A program made the position numbers and the translations under genes. This document shows, one piece after another, positions 48,140 through 58,492 of a stretch of 64,000 nt of DNA. The DNA is from an uncultured Fibrobacteria bacterium. Its GTDB lineage: Bacteria; Fibrobacterota; Fibrobacteria; UBA11236. Numbering within the stretch: position 1 is the stretch's first letter; the number at the start of each line of letters is the position of its first letter. The stretch spans positions 2,048,001-2,112,000 of the forward strand of contig OY970309.1 of the NCBI GenBank assembly GCA_963716395.1. Direction: 5' to 3'. The notes beneath the pieces are model-generated. The model worked only from the letters and a program-made list of their open reading frames with translations, was not told the DNA's origin and did not search any database.

Positions 48140-50194
48140 CTACAGCAGCGAAACCGGATCGCGATCCAGGCGGAGTTTGATCTTCTTGGGGAGTTTGGGC
48201 GGCAGGGCGTGCAGGGCTTCGCCCACCAGCCATTCCAACTGATTGGGGTAATCGCATTTAATCAGTAAGTGCAGGCGATACGCGTTGCGCACTTTTTTCA
48301 AGGCCGCCGGCACCGGACCCAGCACGTCGGCATGGGCCTGCGGGGCCAGGGCGCGCAGGCGATCGGCCAGGGGACGAAAGACCGCCGCCGCCTCCGCTTC
48401 CGAAGGGCCCGACAGCTCGCAGAGCAGCAGGCGCCGGAAAGGGGGATAGCCGAGCTCCTGCCGCTTTTCCGCCTCTTCCTGGTAAAAATGTTCGTAGTCG
48501 TGATTCAAAGCACATTGCAAAATGCGCCCTTCGGGCCGGAAGGTTTGCAGGAACACGCGCCCGGCGCCGCTGCGGCGTCCGGCCCGGCCCGCCACCTGGG
48601 TGATGAGTTGAAAGGCGCGTTCCTCGGCGCGAAAATCGGCGAACCCCAACCCCGCGTCGGCGTCGAGCACACCCACCACTTCGACCTTGGGGAAGTCATG
48701 GCCTTTGGCCACCATTTGCGTGCCCAGCAAAATGCGTGAAGCGCCGGATCGGAACCGCGCCAGCGCCGCTTCCAGGCTGCCGGCGCGGCCGACATTGTCG
48801 CGATCGAGCCGTTCGAGGCCCGTGCGCGGAAACACGCCGCGCAGGAACTCCTCGATTTTTTCCACGCCGCGCCCCACGTCGAGGAATTCCACCCCGGAAC
48901 AATGGGGGCAGGGCGCCTCGGGGGCGAAGATCGAGCCGCAATAATGGCATTGCAAAACGCGGGGCTGGCGGTGAAACACCAAGGCCACCGAACAGCGGGG
49001 ACACATGCGTGTTTCCCCGCAGCCGGTGCAGACCCGGCGGGGCGCATAGCCGCGGCGGTTGAGAAAGAGCACGGTCTGTTCGCCCCGGTCCAGCGCCGCC
49101 TGCATGGCGTCGCGCAGCGGAATGGAAAGCGGCGCATCGCCCTGCAGGGCGCATTGCGCTTTCATGTCCACCACCTCGATGCGCGGCAGGGCGACGGCCG
49201 TGGCCCGCTCGGTCAGCCGCAGCAGGGTGTATTTGCCCAGGCGCGCGGCCTGATAGCTCTCCAGCGACGGGGTGGCGCTGCCGAGCACCACCGGGCAGTC
49301 CGCCTGCCGGCCCCGGAACAAGGCTACGTCACGGGCATGATACCGGGGGGAGGGATCGGCCTGCTTGTAGCTGGAGTCGTGTTCTTCGTCCACTATGATC
49401 AGCCCCAGGTTTTCCAAGGGCGCCAGCGCGGCGGAGCGGGCCCCGATCACGAGATCGACCTCGCCGGCGAGCAGCCGCTTCCACAAATCGCGGCGTTCCG
49501 GATCGGATAATCCGCTGTGCAAGACGGGCACAGGGCGGCCCAGAAACGATTCGAAGCGCGCCACGGTTTGGGGTGTCAGCGCGATTTCGGGCAGCAGCAC
49601 CAGCACCCTTCGGCCCAAGGCGAGCGCGCGCGCGGCCAGATGCAGGTACACCAAAGTTTTCCCGCTGCCGGTGACGCCATGCAGCAAAAAGGCGCGGTAG
49701 GCGCAGGGGGAAAGCGCGGCCGCGACGGCCTCGATGGCCCGGCCTTGCGCGGGCGTGGGGTGCGGCGCCTCCCCTTCCGCCGCGAGGGGAACCGGGACGG
49801 AGTCCGGCGTTTGGGTTTTCGCCCGGCGTTTGGGCGGGTGGAACAGGGACCGGGCGGCCACTTTGGGCAGCGCGGCCTGGAATACCTGGGGGAGAGGCGT
49901 GAAATAATAGCGGCTCAGCCATTGCAGCAATTCCAGCCAGTCCCGCGGGACGCACGCGTGCTGCAAAGACAGGCCGAGAATGGCCTTGGTCGCGAAGTCC
50001 AATTCCGGAAATCCGGTCGCGACCACCACCCCGGCCAGCTTGCGGGATTTAAGCGGCACTTCCACCAACGTGCCGGGGGCGAGGTCTGCGGGCGAAATCT
50101 CGCCGCAATGGTACCAGTAGGCTTTGGGCATGCCGCCCCCCACCAGAACCAAGGCTTTGCAGCCCGCTTTTTCCGCTTGGACCCCGATTTCCAC
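48140..50194 (-). CDS. priA: Primosomal protein N'
   Basis: LLHGVTGSGKT, LPEIALTPQ, IVDEEHD.SYKQ, LGSATPS, LNRRGYA, four CxxC motifs, GTQMVAKGHDFP and QVAGRAGR. Confidence 0.97.
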   Translation of the reverse strand: MEIGVQAEKAGCKALVLVGGGMPKAYWYHCGEISPADLAPGTLVEVPLKSRKLAGVVVATGFPELDFATKAILGLSLQHACVPRDWLELLQWLSRYYFTPLPQVFQAALPKVAARSLFHPPKRRAKTQTPDSVPVPLAAEGEAPHPTPAQGRAIEAVAAALSPCAYRAFLLHGVTGSGKTLVYLHLAARALALGRRVLVLLPEIALTPQTVARFESFLGRPVPVLHSGLSDPERRDLWKRLLAGEVDLVIGARSAALAPLENLGLIIVDEEHDSSYKQADPSPRYHARDVALFRGRQADCPVVLGSATPSLESYQAARLGKYTLLRLTERATAVALPRIEVVDMKAQCALQGDAPLSIPLRDAMQAALDRGEQTVLFLNRRGYAPRRVCTGCGETRMCPRCSVALVFHRQPRVLQCHYCGSIFAPEAPCPHCSGVEFLDVGRGVEKIEEFLRGVFPRTGLERLDRDNVGRAGSLEAALARFRSGASRILLGTQMVAKGHDFPKVEVVGVLDADAGLGFADFRAEERAFQLITQVAGRAGRRSGAGRVFLQTFRPEGRILQCALNHDYEHFYQEEAEKRQELGYPPFRRLLLCELSGPSEAEAAAVFRPLADRLRALAPQAHADVLGPVPAALKKVRNAYRLHLLIKCDYPNQLEWLVGEALHALPPKLPKKIKLRLDRDPVSLL

Positions 50195-50250
50195 CGGGGT
50201 TTATAATAAGTAACGTCGCGGCCGGCTTTCTCCACCGGCGCGGCCGAACC

Positions 50251-51669
50251 ATGGCGCAAGAAGCGATCTCCACCGCGGCCGCCGCGCCGTTTCATTTTCG
50301 GCTGTCCGAAGACGGCATGCAGGCGTTTGTCGATTTCGACGCGGCCCCCGGCGACGCGACTTTGCAACTCGACGATTTTGTGCGCGTCTGGAAGGCCGAA
50401 GGTTTTGACCCCGAAGCGTTGAATCCCGAACGCATTCTGGAAGCCGCCGATGTCTGGAATCAAAACCATCAGGCGCAGCACGGCGTGCTCGTGGCCGCAG
50501 CGCCGCAGGCGCCCGCATCGGGACGCGATGGGCGCCTCGAAATTCTGGTGGAAATGAAATCGCCCGCGCCGGCCGAATCCGCAGGCGGCCGCGTGGATCT
50601 CCGCAAGACGCATTCCCTTTGCCTGGTAGAAAAGGACCAAGTGCTGGTGCGCCGCCATCCTCCGGAAAAAGGCCGCGCCGGCCGCGACTTGCGCGGCCGG
50701 GAAATCGCCGCGCCCGACGGACAGGACGTACCGCTGCCGCAAGGCGAAGGCTTGCTGCCCTCCCCGCAAGACGCCAATGTGCTGGTCGCGGGCGTGTCGG
50801 GTTATGTCGCCTGGGAAGGCGGCCGTTTGTGCGTGCGCGAACGCTTCGTGGTCAACGGAGGGGTCGATTATTCCACCGGCCACATTGAATACGGACGCTC
50901 GGTCACGGTGCAGGGCGAAGTGCAAGAGGGCTTCTGCGTGCGCGTCGGCGGTGATTTGGAAGTGGCGGGCCCGGTCGGCGACGCCCAGTTAACCGTCGGC
51001 GGTAACGTCATGCTGCACGGCGGATTCGTGGGTGCCGGGCAAGGATGCCTCAACGCCAAGGGCGAAGTGCAGGTGGGGTTCGTTTCCAATCAAACCATCC
51101 GCGCCTACCGGTCGCTGACGGTGGAAAAGGAAGCGTTCAACGCCCGGCTGTATACCAAAGAAAACCTCATCGTCAAAGGTCCGTTTGTGGGCGGGGGCGC
51201 CGTTGCGGGGCTGCGCATGGAATGTAAAGCGCTGGGCAATGACTTGGGAACCAAAACCGAAATCGAACTGGGCGTCGATTACCTCGACTTCGAGCGCCGG
51301 GAAGAGTTGGAGCGCAAAATCCGGGAGCTGACCGAGGCCCTGCAGAAAATGCGGTTACGCATGGCGCATCTCAAAGATGCTTTTCAGAAAACCCGCAAGC
51401 TGATCCCCTCCGCGGCCAGAACCTTGCTGGAACTACGCCGCAAGTGCGAAACCATCGCCACGACCCTGCCCCAGCTCGAAATGCGTAAAAACGCAGTCAT
51501 CGACCGCATTCGCCAGGGATATTACCGCAAAGGCATCGAGCTCAAAATCGAAAGCCGGGTTTATCCCGGCGCCGTGATCCGCGTGGGCAGCCAAGTGCTG
51601 CGCGTCAGCGAAGAAACGTCCGGTCCGCGCCATATGAGTTATTTCGACAATCAAATCCACGTGTACTGA
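50251..51669 (+). CDS. FapA / DUF342 family protein
   Basis: GRVDLR, GRDLRG, VDYSTGHI, beta-helix repeats, coiled coil and VYPGAVIRVG. Confidence 0.85.
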   Translation: MAQEAISTAAAAPFHFRLSEDGMQAFVDFDAAPGDATLQLDDFVRVWKAEGFDPEALNPERILEAADVWNQNHQAQHGVLVAAAPQAPASGRDGRLEILVEMKSPAPAESAGGRVDLRKTHSLCLVEKDQVLVRRHPPEKGRAGRDLRGREIAAPDGQDVPLPQGEGLLPSPQDANVLVAGVSGYVAWEGGRLCVRERFVVNGGVDYSTGHIEYGRSVTVQGEVQEGFCVRVGGDLEVAGPVGDAQLTVGGNVMLHGGFVGAGQGCLNAKGEVQVGFVSNQTIRAYRSLTVEKEAFNARLYTKENLIVKGPFVGGGAVAGLRMECKALGNDLGTKTEIELGVDYLDFERREELERKIRELTEALQKMRLRMAHLKDAFQKTRKLIPSAARTLLELRRKCETIATTLPQLEMRKNAVIDRIRQGYYRKGIELKIESRVYPGAVIRVGSQVLRVSEETSGPRHMSYFDNQIHVY

Positions 51670-51681
51670 TGCGATTCTCCC

Positions 51682-52824
51682 ATGTCGATTGAATCCGGCG
51701 CCGAAGATCGGGAGTTGCAGGCGCTCCTCGAATTGAGCCTTGACGACCTGGACCGCGTGGGCCTCGAAGATCCCGCCTTTCCCGCACCCGTCGCGGCCCC
51801 AACCGCTTTGGCTTCGCCTCCCGCGCCTTCCCAACCGGATGCGGCGGAGGACATCCCTTTTGCGCGTTTTTTGGATCGGCCGGGCGAACGCAATCTGGCG
51901 GTCAAGAATTTCCTGCTGCGCGAATACCAGAACGCCGCCGACAAAATCCACGAGGCCTACGACCTCATCTGTCTCGGCGAAATGGGTTCGTTGGCGCCGG
52001 TACACGCGCTGGCCGGAACGCTGCTGGAACTGTACCGCCGCGATCCTCCGGCTTTGCTGGCCCTGAGCATGACGCGCTCCGCGGCGAAAGGGGAATATTT
52101 CTACCGCCACGCCGTGAATGTCTGCGTCTTGACCTTGGCCACGGCTGTCGCCTCCGGCCGAGGCAAAGAGGCGGTGCGCGCAGCCGGCGCGGCCGCTTTG
52201 GTGGCCGACGTGGGCATGCGCCTGGTTCCCGAAGACATCCTCAACAACAGCGGCAAACTGTCCGAGGCGGAACTGGCGGAAATCCAGAAACACACCGGTT
52301 ATTCCGTGGCGCTGTTGGAGTCGTTGGAAGCTTGCACGCCCGTGGTGCTGCAAGTGGCCCGGCAGCATCACGAACGGCTGACCGGAGGCGGTTATCCAGA
52401 GCGCCGCCGGGGCGAGCAGATCGGTTCCGAAGCCCGCATGGTGGCCGTCGCCGACACCTTGGCCGCCATGATGCACAAACGCTCGCACCGCGAAGCGCTT
52501 TCGGCCCAGGCCGCGCTCGATCGGGTGGTGAAGATGGGTCGGATGAACTTTCTCGACTGGGAGATGCTGAAGGGATTGGTGGGATGCATTTCGCTGTATC
52601 CCGTGGGTTCGGCGGTGGAATTGGCGGGCGGGCTCGTGGCGCGCGTCGTCGGAGCGCATGCCGACGATCCGGCACGGCCGCTGGTGGCGGTTTTGCGCGA
52701 CGCCAAGGGCAATGTCCCCCCCGGGGGCATCCGGCGCATCGATATGAAAGCGGCGCGTGAGGAAAAGATCGTCAGAAGCCTGAGCCCCGACGCGGTGGGT
52801 TTTAAGCCTCTGGACGGGTTTTGA
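51682..52824 (+). CDS. HD-GYP domain protein (degenerate HD)
   Basis: HAVNV, ADVGM, QHHERLTGGGYP, VAVADTL and SLYPVGS motifs. Confidence 0.85.
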   Translation: MSIESGAEDRELQALLELSLDDLDRVGLEDPAFPAPVAAPTALASPPAPSQPDAAEDIPFARFLDRPGERNLAVKNFLLREYQNAADKIHEAYDLICLGEMGSLAPVHALAGTLLELYRRDPPALLALSMTRSAAKGEYFYRHAVNVCVLTLATAVASGRGKEAVRAAGAAALVADVGMRLVPEDILNNSGKLSEAELAEIQKHTGYSVALLESLEACTPVVLQVARQHHERLTGGGYPERRRGEQIGSEARMVAVADTLAAMMHKRSHREALSAQAALDRVVKMGRMNFLDWEMLKGLVGCISLYPVGSAVELAGGLVARVVGAHADDPARPLVAVLRDAKGNVPPGGIRRIDMKAAREEKIVRSLSPDAVGFKPLDGF

Positions 52825-52952
52825 CGCGTTCGCGGGCGCGGCTTTCGGCGCCCGATTTTCCGCGTCGAAAGGCTGGAAATACACCGCACGAAAATGCAGT
52901 TTATCAACCGCCGGCCAGGGAAAAAAACGGCGCGGCCACGAAGGAGACACCG

Positions 52953-53336
52953 ATGTTCAAAACCATTTCGATTGCCCTTCTCACCTTGGGACTGGCGGCG
53001 GGAACCGCATTGGCCAAACCGAAAGGCAAAAAGCCTGCGGATTTGGCGCAGGGCAAAAAAATCTTCGAAACCAATTGTGCTACCTGTCACGGTATGAACG
53101 GAAAAGGCGATGGGCCCGCGGCCGCGGCCTTGCCCAAGCAGCCGCGGAATTTCACCGACACGGCGTATATGAAAACCCGCACCCGCGCCCAATTGACCAA
53201 GGTGATCACCGAAGGCGGAGCCGCCAACGGTTTTTCCCCGTTGATGGCTTCGTGGAAAGGCACGCTCAAGCCGGCGGAAATCCATGCCGTGCTCGACTAT
53301 GTGCTGACGTTCAGCGGTCAAGAAGACAAGAAGTAA
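52953..53336 (+). CDS. Monoheme c-type cytochrome
   Basis: AGGAG SD; signal peptide; CATCH; GDGPAA..PRNFT; distal Met (PLMASW). Confidence 0.9.
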   Translation: MFKTISIALLTLGLAAGTALAKPKGKKPADLAQGKKIFETNCATCHGMNGKGDGPAAAALPKQPRNFTDTAYMKTRTRAQLTKVITEGGAANGFSPLMASWKGTLKPAEIHAVLDYVLTFSGQEDKK

Positions 53337-53417
53337 TTCTTCCCCTGCATGGGTTTTGCGCGCCGGTTCTTCGAACCGGCGTTTTTTGATCGCGCCGTTC
53401 TTTTGATCGCGGCTGGT

Positions 53418-55631
53418 TCAGAATTTCCATTCGGCCCGATCGGCCGGATGGGCGAAGATATGTTGCATGAAAACCCGCCGGTAGCGGCTCGGGCGCATCC
53501 AACCGTTTTGGTTCACGCGCAGTCGCCAGCCGCGATGCCAATGCTCGCGGAAGATCAAGGTGTCGCCGACGCCGAAGCTTCCGCGTACCTCCACATCGCC
53601 ATCCCAAGGCTGATGGACGCACAAGCCGCCGTATCCGGAAAAGCCCGCGGGACAAAGCGTCGGCGCTGTATCGGGAGGCGCCGGCCGGGCGCGCCGCACT
53701 TCCAGGCGTGGTTTCCAGTCGAGTACGGTGTACACCCGCACGCTGTCAAAGCGGGCCAGGGGCTGCAGCGGGCTGCCGTGAAAACGCGTCAAATCCACAT
53801 TCGCCAGCAGGTAACGCGCCGATTTCTCTCCGGGTGTCAGCGACGAGTCCCAGGGCCACAAGAGCGGCATATGCGCGCCGACATGGGGAATGCCGAACAC
53901 CGCGGAGATGCCGTAACTCAGGGCGGTTTTTTCCCGCCGGTACAGGTCGAGGCGACGCAACGGGTCATGGTGCATTTGCCACATCTCGGTGCCGGGATAT
54001 TCGAGGTAATGGTCGACGCGCCAGAAGGGCCGGGTCGACAAATCCAGGGCCGCCAACGATACCGGCGGCCGGCGGTAAAAGTCGGAGGGGAAGGCGTAAA
54101 AGTGCAGCCAGTCGATGTGCAGCAGATCCAAGGCCAGCAACATGAACAGCCACGGCGCCAGGCGGCGCGTCCGGATGTGTCCGCCCAGGGCCAGCGCCGC
54201 AGCCGATACGGCGAACACGGCTCCATCCCATTTCCAGTCGCGCAGCAAACCCGTCAACTTTACCGCATAGTCTTTGGCGGGATTCAAAGGCCGTAGCGCG
54301 CCGGCCACCCGTAACAGATGCGCTACCAAAGAGGGCGATTCCGCCGCGCCGCAGAGCAACCCAAAGACCGCCGCGCCGCCGGCCAGGGCCCACAGCCACG
54401 CGTGCCGCCGCGTCGCGTGCGCGGTACCCAGCCAGCGCTGCAGGCCATGCCCACTCCAGGCTGCGAGTGCAAGTACGAAGAGAATGTCCCAGCGTGCCGG
54501 CCGCCGGAAGTTGTCGAGCAGCGGCAGATGATACAAAACCTGGGCCGCCCCGAAATGCGATCCCAGCGCTAGCCATAATCCCAGCAGGCCGCAAAGCCCC
54601 AGCGCGCGCAGACGCGGACCGGCGCGGCTGGGCGCGGCGAACAGAAGCGCCAACAGCGCCGCGGCGCCGATGTACAGATAAACCTCGCTCCACGGTTCGC
54701 GGCCCCACCACGTGGCATGCGCGGGCGTGCCCAACGCGCGCGGCAGAATCAAGGCCAGCAAATGCACGGGGCGCAGGCTACCCGTGGCGAATTGCTGAAA
54801 GTTGAAGACGCCGAGCGAAAGTTTTTCGCCGGCACCCAGGTCGGTGGACGCATGGCCTTCCCAGGCGGCGCCGTCATAGCGGATGGTGTTTCCCAGAAAA
54901 TCGAAAAAAGGCAGGAACAGCGGCAGACACAAAATTCCGGCCGCGAGGGCGGCGGTCACGGGCGCGGCCAGTTTTTTTTTGGGCAGGGAGGGAGATAGGC
55001 ATCCGCGCAGGAAAAAAAATCCCAGCAGCACCGCGGTGGCGATGGTAGCCTGCGGGTGACCTCCCAAAGTCTGCAACGTCAAGGCCAGGGCCAGCCACAG
55101 CGTGCGCCGGAAGGTCGGGGCGCGTTCCAGGCGCAGGTACAGTCCCAGCACCAGGGGCATGTAGCTCCAGCCGGCCAAAAAGGTGGTGTGCTCGTAGCGC
55201 GCCAGCATGGTGCCCGACAGGCCGAAAGCCATGCCGCTCCAAAACGCGGCGGGTCGAATCAACCCCAACTCCGGGCCCAAGACCAGAAACCCGGCGATGG
55301 CCAATCCGAAATGCAATCCGTAGAAGAGGTAAATGGTGTGCAGCGGAGAAAAGGGACCGAACAAAATCCACGTGAGCGGGTAGAGGTAAGCGCTTTGCCA
55401 ATAGGCGTTCATGGGCATGCCACATTGGTAGCTTCCGCTCCAAAGAGGCAAAGGATGGGTCCAGGCCCAGTTGCGGTGAAAGTCGGCGAAGTAGCAGTAA
55501 TAGGCCAACAGCAAATCTTCGAGCAGCATGCTGTTGCCGCGAATCCAGATGGGCAATACGGGCAGAAGGCCCAGCCCGAAAGCGGCGGCCATCCAGCCGA
55601 TGCGGCGCAGGGAAAATTTTTTGCCGGGCAT
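53418..55631 (-). CDS. YfhO-like multi-pass membrane glycosyltransferase (GT-C)
   Basis: PLWSGSYQCGMP..YPLT, GGHPQ, YLYIG, FRRPARW and EHWHRGWR motifs; many TM segments. Confidence 0.75.
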   Translation of the reverse strand: MPGKKFSLRRIGWMAAAFGLGLLPVLPIWIRGNSMLLEDLLLAYYCYFADFHRNWAWTHPLPLWSGSYQCGMPMNAYWQSAYLYPLTWILFGPFSPLHTIYLFYGLHFGLAIAGFLVLGPELGLIRPAAFWSGMAFGLSGTMLARYEHTTFLAGWSYMPLVLGLYLRLERAPTFRRTLWLALALTLQTLGGHPQATIATAVLLGFFFLRGCLSPSLPKKKLAAPVTAALAAGILCLPLFLPFFDFLGNTIRYDGAAWEGHASTDLGAGEKLSLGVFNFQQFATGSLRPVHLLALILPRALGTPAHATWWGREPWSEVYLYIGAAALLALLFAAPSRAGPRLRALGLCGLLGLWLALGSHFGAAQVLYHLPLLDNFRRPARWDILFVLALAAWSGHGLQRWLGTAHATRRHAWLWALAGGAAVFGLLCGAAESPSLVAHLLRVAGALRPLNPAKDYAVKLTGLLRDWKWDGAVFAVSAAALALGGHIRTRRLAPWLFMLLALDLLHIDWLHFYAFPSDFYRRPPVSLAALDLSTRPFWRVDHYLEYPGTEMWQMHHDPLRRLDLYRREKTALSYGISAVFGIPHVGAHMPLLWPWDSSLTPGEKSARYLLANVDLTRFHGSPLQPLARFDSVRVYTVLDWKPRLEVRRARPAPPDTAPTLCPAGFSGYGGLCVHQPWDGDVEVRGSFGVGDTLIFREHWHRGWRLRVNQNGWMRPSRYRRVFMQHIFAHPADRAEWKF

Positions 55632-55650
55632 GGAATGCCCCATTCTACCC

Positions 55651-56691
55651 TTACCTGGCGGTTTGATGCGGGAAGGGCCGGGGGGATTTCGGCGCTTCTG
55701 TCTGGGCCGAAACCGACGGGGGCGTCGCGCCGGACTCGGTCGGCGTCGCCAGGTTTTCGCGCGCAAGCAAATACTCGGGCCGGTTCTTCAGGTAGTCGAG
55801 GATTACCAGCAGATAACGTCCGAGGATGCCGAGATAAATCAGGATGAGGCCTCCCAGAAAAAGCACCGAGCCAATCACATCGGTATAGCCGGGGACGTTG
55901 CGCCCGATGAAGAATTTCGCGGCCACGTTGTAGAGGCCGTAGGCGAAGGCCAGCAGCGCGGTGAGCAAACCCACGCGCAAGGCCCATTTGAGCGGCGCGG
56001 TGCTGTGGGCGAACACCGCGTCGACGCCGAGGTGCAGCGACTTGCCGAAGGTGAAAGGTGGGGCGCCGCGGCGCGCGGGCCCGGGCGCGTATTCGAGGTA
56101 ACACGTGGGGAACCCCAGTTGCGGCAACAGGGCCCGCAGAAAAAGCCGGCGTTCGGGCAAGGTGTTGACGACGTCGCAGACGCGCCGCGACAGCAGACGA
56201 AAATCGCCGGCACCCGCCGGCAGGGGGGTTTCGGCCAGGGCGTTGAACACGCGGTAAAACAGGCGCGACAGCAGGTCTTTGCAAACCCCGGGTTGATGGC
56301 CCCGGCGCACCATCTGCACCACGTCATACCCGGCGTGGGCGCGTTGCAGCATCACCGGCAGCATTTCGGGCGGATGTTCCAAATCGGCATCCAGGGTGGC
56401 CACGAAACGGCCGCGTGTGGCGCGTAAGCCCGCCCGCAACGCGGCTTGCTGGCCGGCATTGCGCAGTAGCCGCAACGTGCGCACCCGCGCATCGCGGGCC
56501 TGCAGAGCCGCGCCGATGGAGGCGGTGGCGTCGACGCTGGCGTCGTCGACCAGAATCACTTCCAAGGAAACTCCGTCCAAAGCCGCGACCAGCGCCTGGT
56601 AGAGCGAATCCAAATGACAGGCTTCGTTGTGGCAGGGAACCACCACGGAGATTTCGGGCGCCGGCTCCGGCGCTTCGCTCCAATCGGACAT
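55651..56691 (-). CDS. GT2 polyprenyl-phosphate glycosyltransferase (GtrB-like)
   Basis: ISVVVPCHNE, VDDAS.D, RNAGQQAAL.AG, DADLEHPPE and GDFRLLSR motifs; two C-terminal TM segments. Confidence 0.9.
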   Translation of the reverse strand: MSDWSEAPEPAPEISVVVPCHNEACHLDSLYQALVAALDGVSLEVILVDDASVDATASIGAALQARDARVRTLRLLRNAGQQAALRAGLRATRGRFVATLDADLEHPPEMLPVMLQRAHAGYDVVQMVRRGHQPGVCKDLLSRLFYRVFNALAETPLPAGAGDFRLLSRRVCDVVNTLPERRLFLRALLPQLGFPTCYLEYAPGPARRGAPPFTFGKSLHLGVDAVFAHSTAPLKWALRVGLLTALLAFAYGLYNVAAKFFIGRNVPGYTDVIGSVLFLGGLILIYLGILGRYLLVILDYLKNRPEYLLARENLATPTESGATPPSVSAQTEAPKSPRPFPHQTAR

Positions 56692-56787
56692 AAAGCGGTT
56701 TTATTGTAGCGCTTCGGATTTGCAAAGGGTAGCGCGCGCGGTTCGCACCTCCCCGAAAATGGGGAATTCCGGGTGGATGCAAGGCCT

Positions 56788-56812
56788 GAAAAACCACCGG
56801 CGTTCGCCGGCG
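56788..56812 (-). terminator. Probable intrinsic terminator after cfa
   Basis: CCGGCG-TT-CGCCGG hairpin followed on the minus strand by TGGTTTTT. Confidence 0.45.
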
Positions 56813-56820
56813 CGGGCTTT

Positions 56821-58041
56821 TTATTCAGGCAATTCCAATACCCAACGATAGGCCTGCATGATGTCGCGCCGAAACACATCGGCCGTGCCCCACAGGTAAA
56901 CCTGGAATTGGCGGAAAAGGATTTCGCCTTCGTTGGCCACGATTTTCTCGCGGCTGCGGTCGAAGTTTTCCGACCAATGCTTGGCCGTCAGGTAATAATT
57001 CCAGCGGTCATCCCACACGCCGCGCAGCTGGAACGGGGTTTTGGCCAACTGGGTCATATAATCGTGCAGGCACAGGGGAGAGCAATTGTTGGGATAGATG
57101 TAGCGGTAGATAAAACTGTGAAACTTGTATTTCTCGCGGCAGGCGCTGGCGTCGAGATACATCTTGCGGCCGGGTTTGAGCAAACGCTGGTAGGCGGCCA
57201 ACGAGCGGCCGTAGTCGGGCAAATGCTCGGTCACGCCCAGGTTCACCAAGGCATCGTATTTCTCGGCGGGTTTGTAATCGTAAAGATGACAGTTGACGAC
57301 ATTGCAGGGCAGGTTCTCGCGCGCGATCAAATTGTTGAGGAACTGTTCGCTTTTATTGGAAATCGTGATCGATGTGACGTGAACGCCTCGCTTTCCGGCA
57401 TGCTCGGTGAAGGCGCCCCAGCCGCCGCCGATGTCGAGCACGCGGTCGCCGGGCTTGGCGCCGATGGCGTCGAGCGCGAAATCGAGTTTGTGGGTGATGG
57501 CGTCGGCCAGGGGTTCGTCGTCGCGCTCGAAGACACCGTGGGAATAACAGCGGTGCCGGGTATCGAGAAAGCTCAGGTAGAATTCGTCGGAATGATCATA
57601 GTGGTGCGCGATGCCCGAACGGTCCATTTTCATTTGGCCGAACAGAACGGGTGTAATCAAGCTCCACAGATAGCGCAGGGGATGGTTGTCCGAAGTCATG
57701 TCGCGGAAGGAGTAAAGCCGTTCCATATCGCCGCGCAGGTCGATATGATTGAGCATGTAGGCTTCCAGAATCGAGGTGGCGTCGAGCGAAGCCAAGGCCG
57801 CCGCCCCGGTGCGGTCGCGGACGATTACGGTAAAAGCCGGATCCCCCTGGCCGAAGCGGTAGGGCTTCTCGTCTTGCCATTGCAGATTGAACGGTGTTCC
57901 GCGTCCGCTTTCGTAATAGGCGTGGCAACTCTTGCGCAGTAAATTCACCAAGCGTACAAAGCTTTTATGCGGAGACGTTTTTACCGCGGCGGCGCCGGCC
58001 TGTGCGGCGGAGGTTTGCAGGGCGGTGGTGGATTCTTTCAT
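56821..58041 (-). CDS. cfa: Cyclopropane-fatty-acyl-phospholipid synthase family methyltransferase
   Basis: IAHHYD..EFY..FLD..CYS, VLDIGGGWG, EHL, FIYRYIYP and Y.LT..HW motifs. Confidence 0.8.
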   Translation of the reverse strand: MKESTTALQTSAAQAGAAAVKTSPHKSFVRLVNLLRKSCHAYYESGRGTPFNLQWQDEKPYRFGQGDPAFTVIVRDRTGAAALASLDATSILEAYMLNHIDLRGDMERLYSFRDMTSDNHPLRYLWSLITPVLFGQMKMDRSGIAHHYDHSDEFYLSFLDTRHRCYSHGVFERDDEPLADAITHKLDFALDAIGAKPGDRVLDIGGGWGAFTEHAGKRGVHVTSITISNKSEQFLNNLIARENLPCNVVNCHLYDYKPAEKYDALVNLGVTEHLPDYGRSLAAYQRLLKPGRKMYLDASACREKYKFHSFIYRYIYPNNCSPLCLHDYMTQLAKTPFQLRGVWDDRWNYYLTAKHWSENFDRSREKIVANEGEILFRQFQVYLWGTADVFRRDIMQAYRWVLELPE

Positions 58042-58492
58042 GGTTTTACCTGGGGGCAACGGGTTGACTCATGCCCTGGGAAAGATATTTAAGGAATTCT
58101 CTTGGCACGGGGAGATCGCCCTGCAAAAGCCGAAAACTCCCGAAATTTGGGTTTTTGCCGGGGTAGGTTTTCGGCCGCGATGGCTTTTCGCTTCTTTAAC
58201 CCGGCTTCCAACCGGCATCCGGAAAATTTGCGATCGCAGGTCGGAACTTTTTCCCGGAGAGGCGCGTTTGATCGGAACGGAGCGGTAAAGAAAAGCTCCT
58301 TCCGCCTGGTTCGGATCCTCGGTAGGAGAGGGTATCGGATGGGAACGGTGAAGGATCACGCGCCGAAAGCGTGAAGATGAAATCCAAGCCGACTTTCGAA
58401 TTAGCGAAAACCGGATCCTGGCTCTAACCGGAATGGTTAAGATATAGAAGCGCAAGCGGAATAGGGAGTTCCGCGGACAGTTGGGGTGAGGG

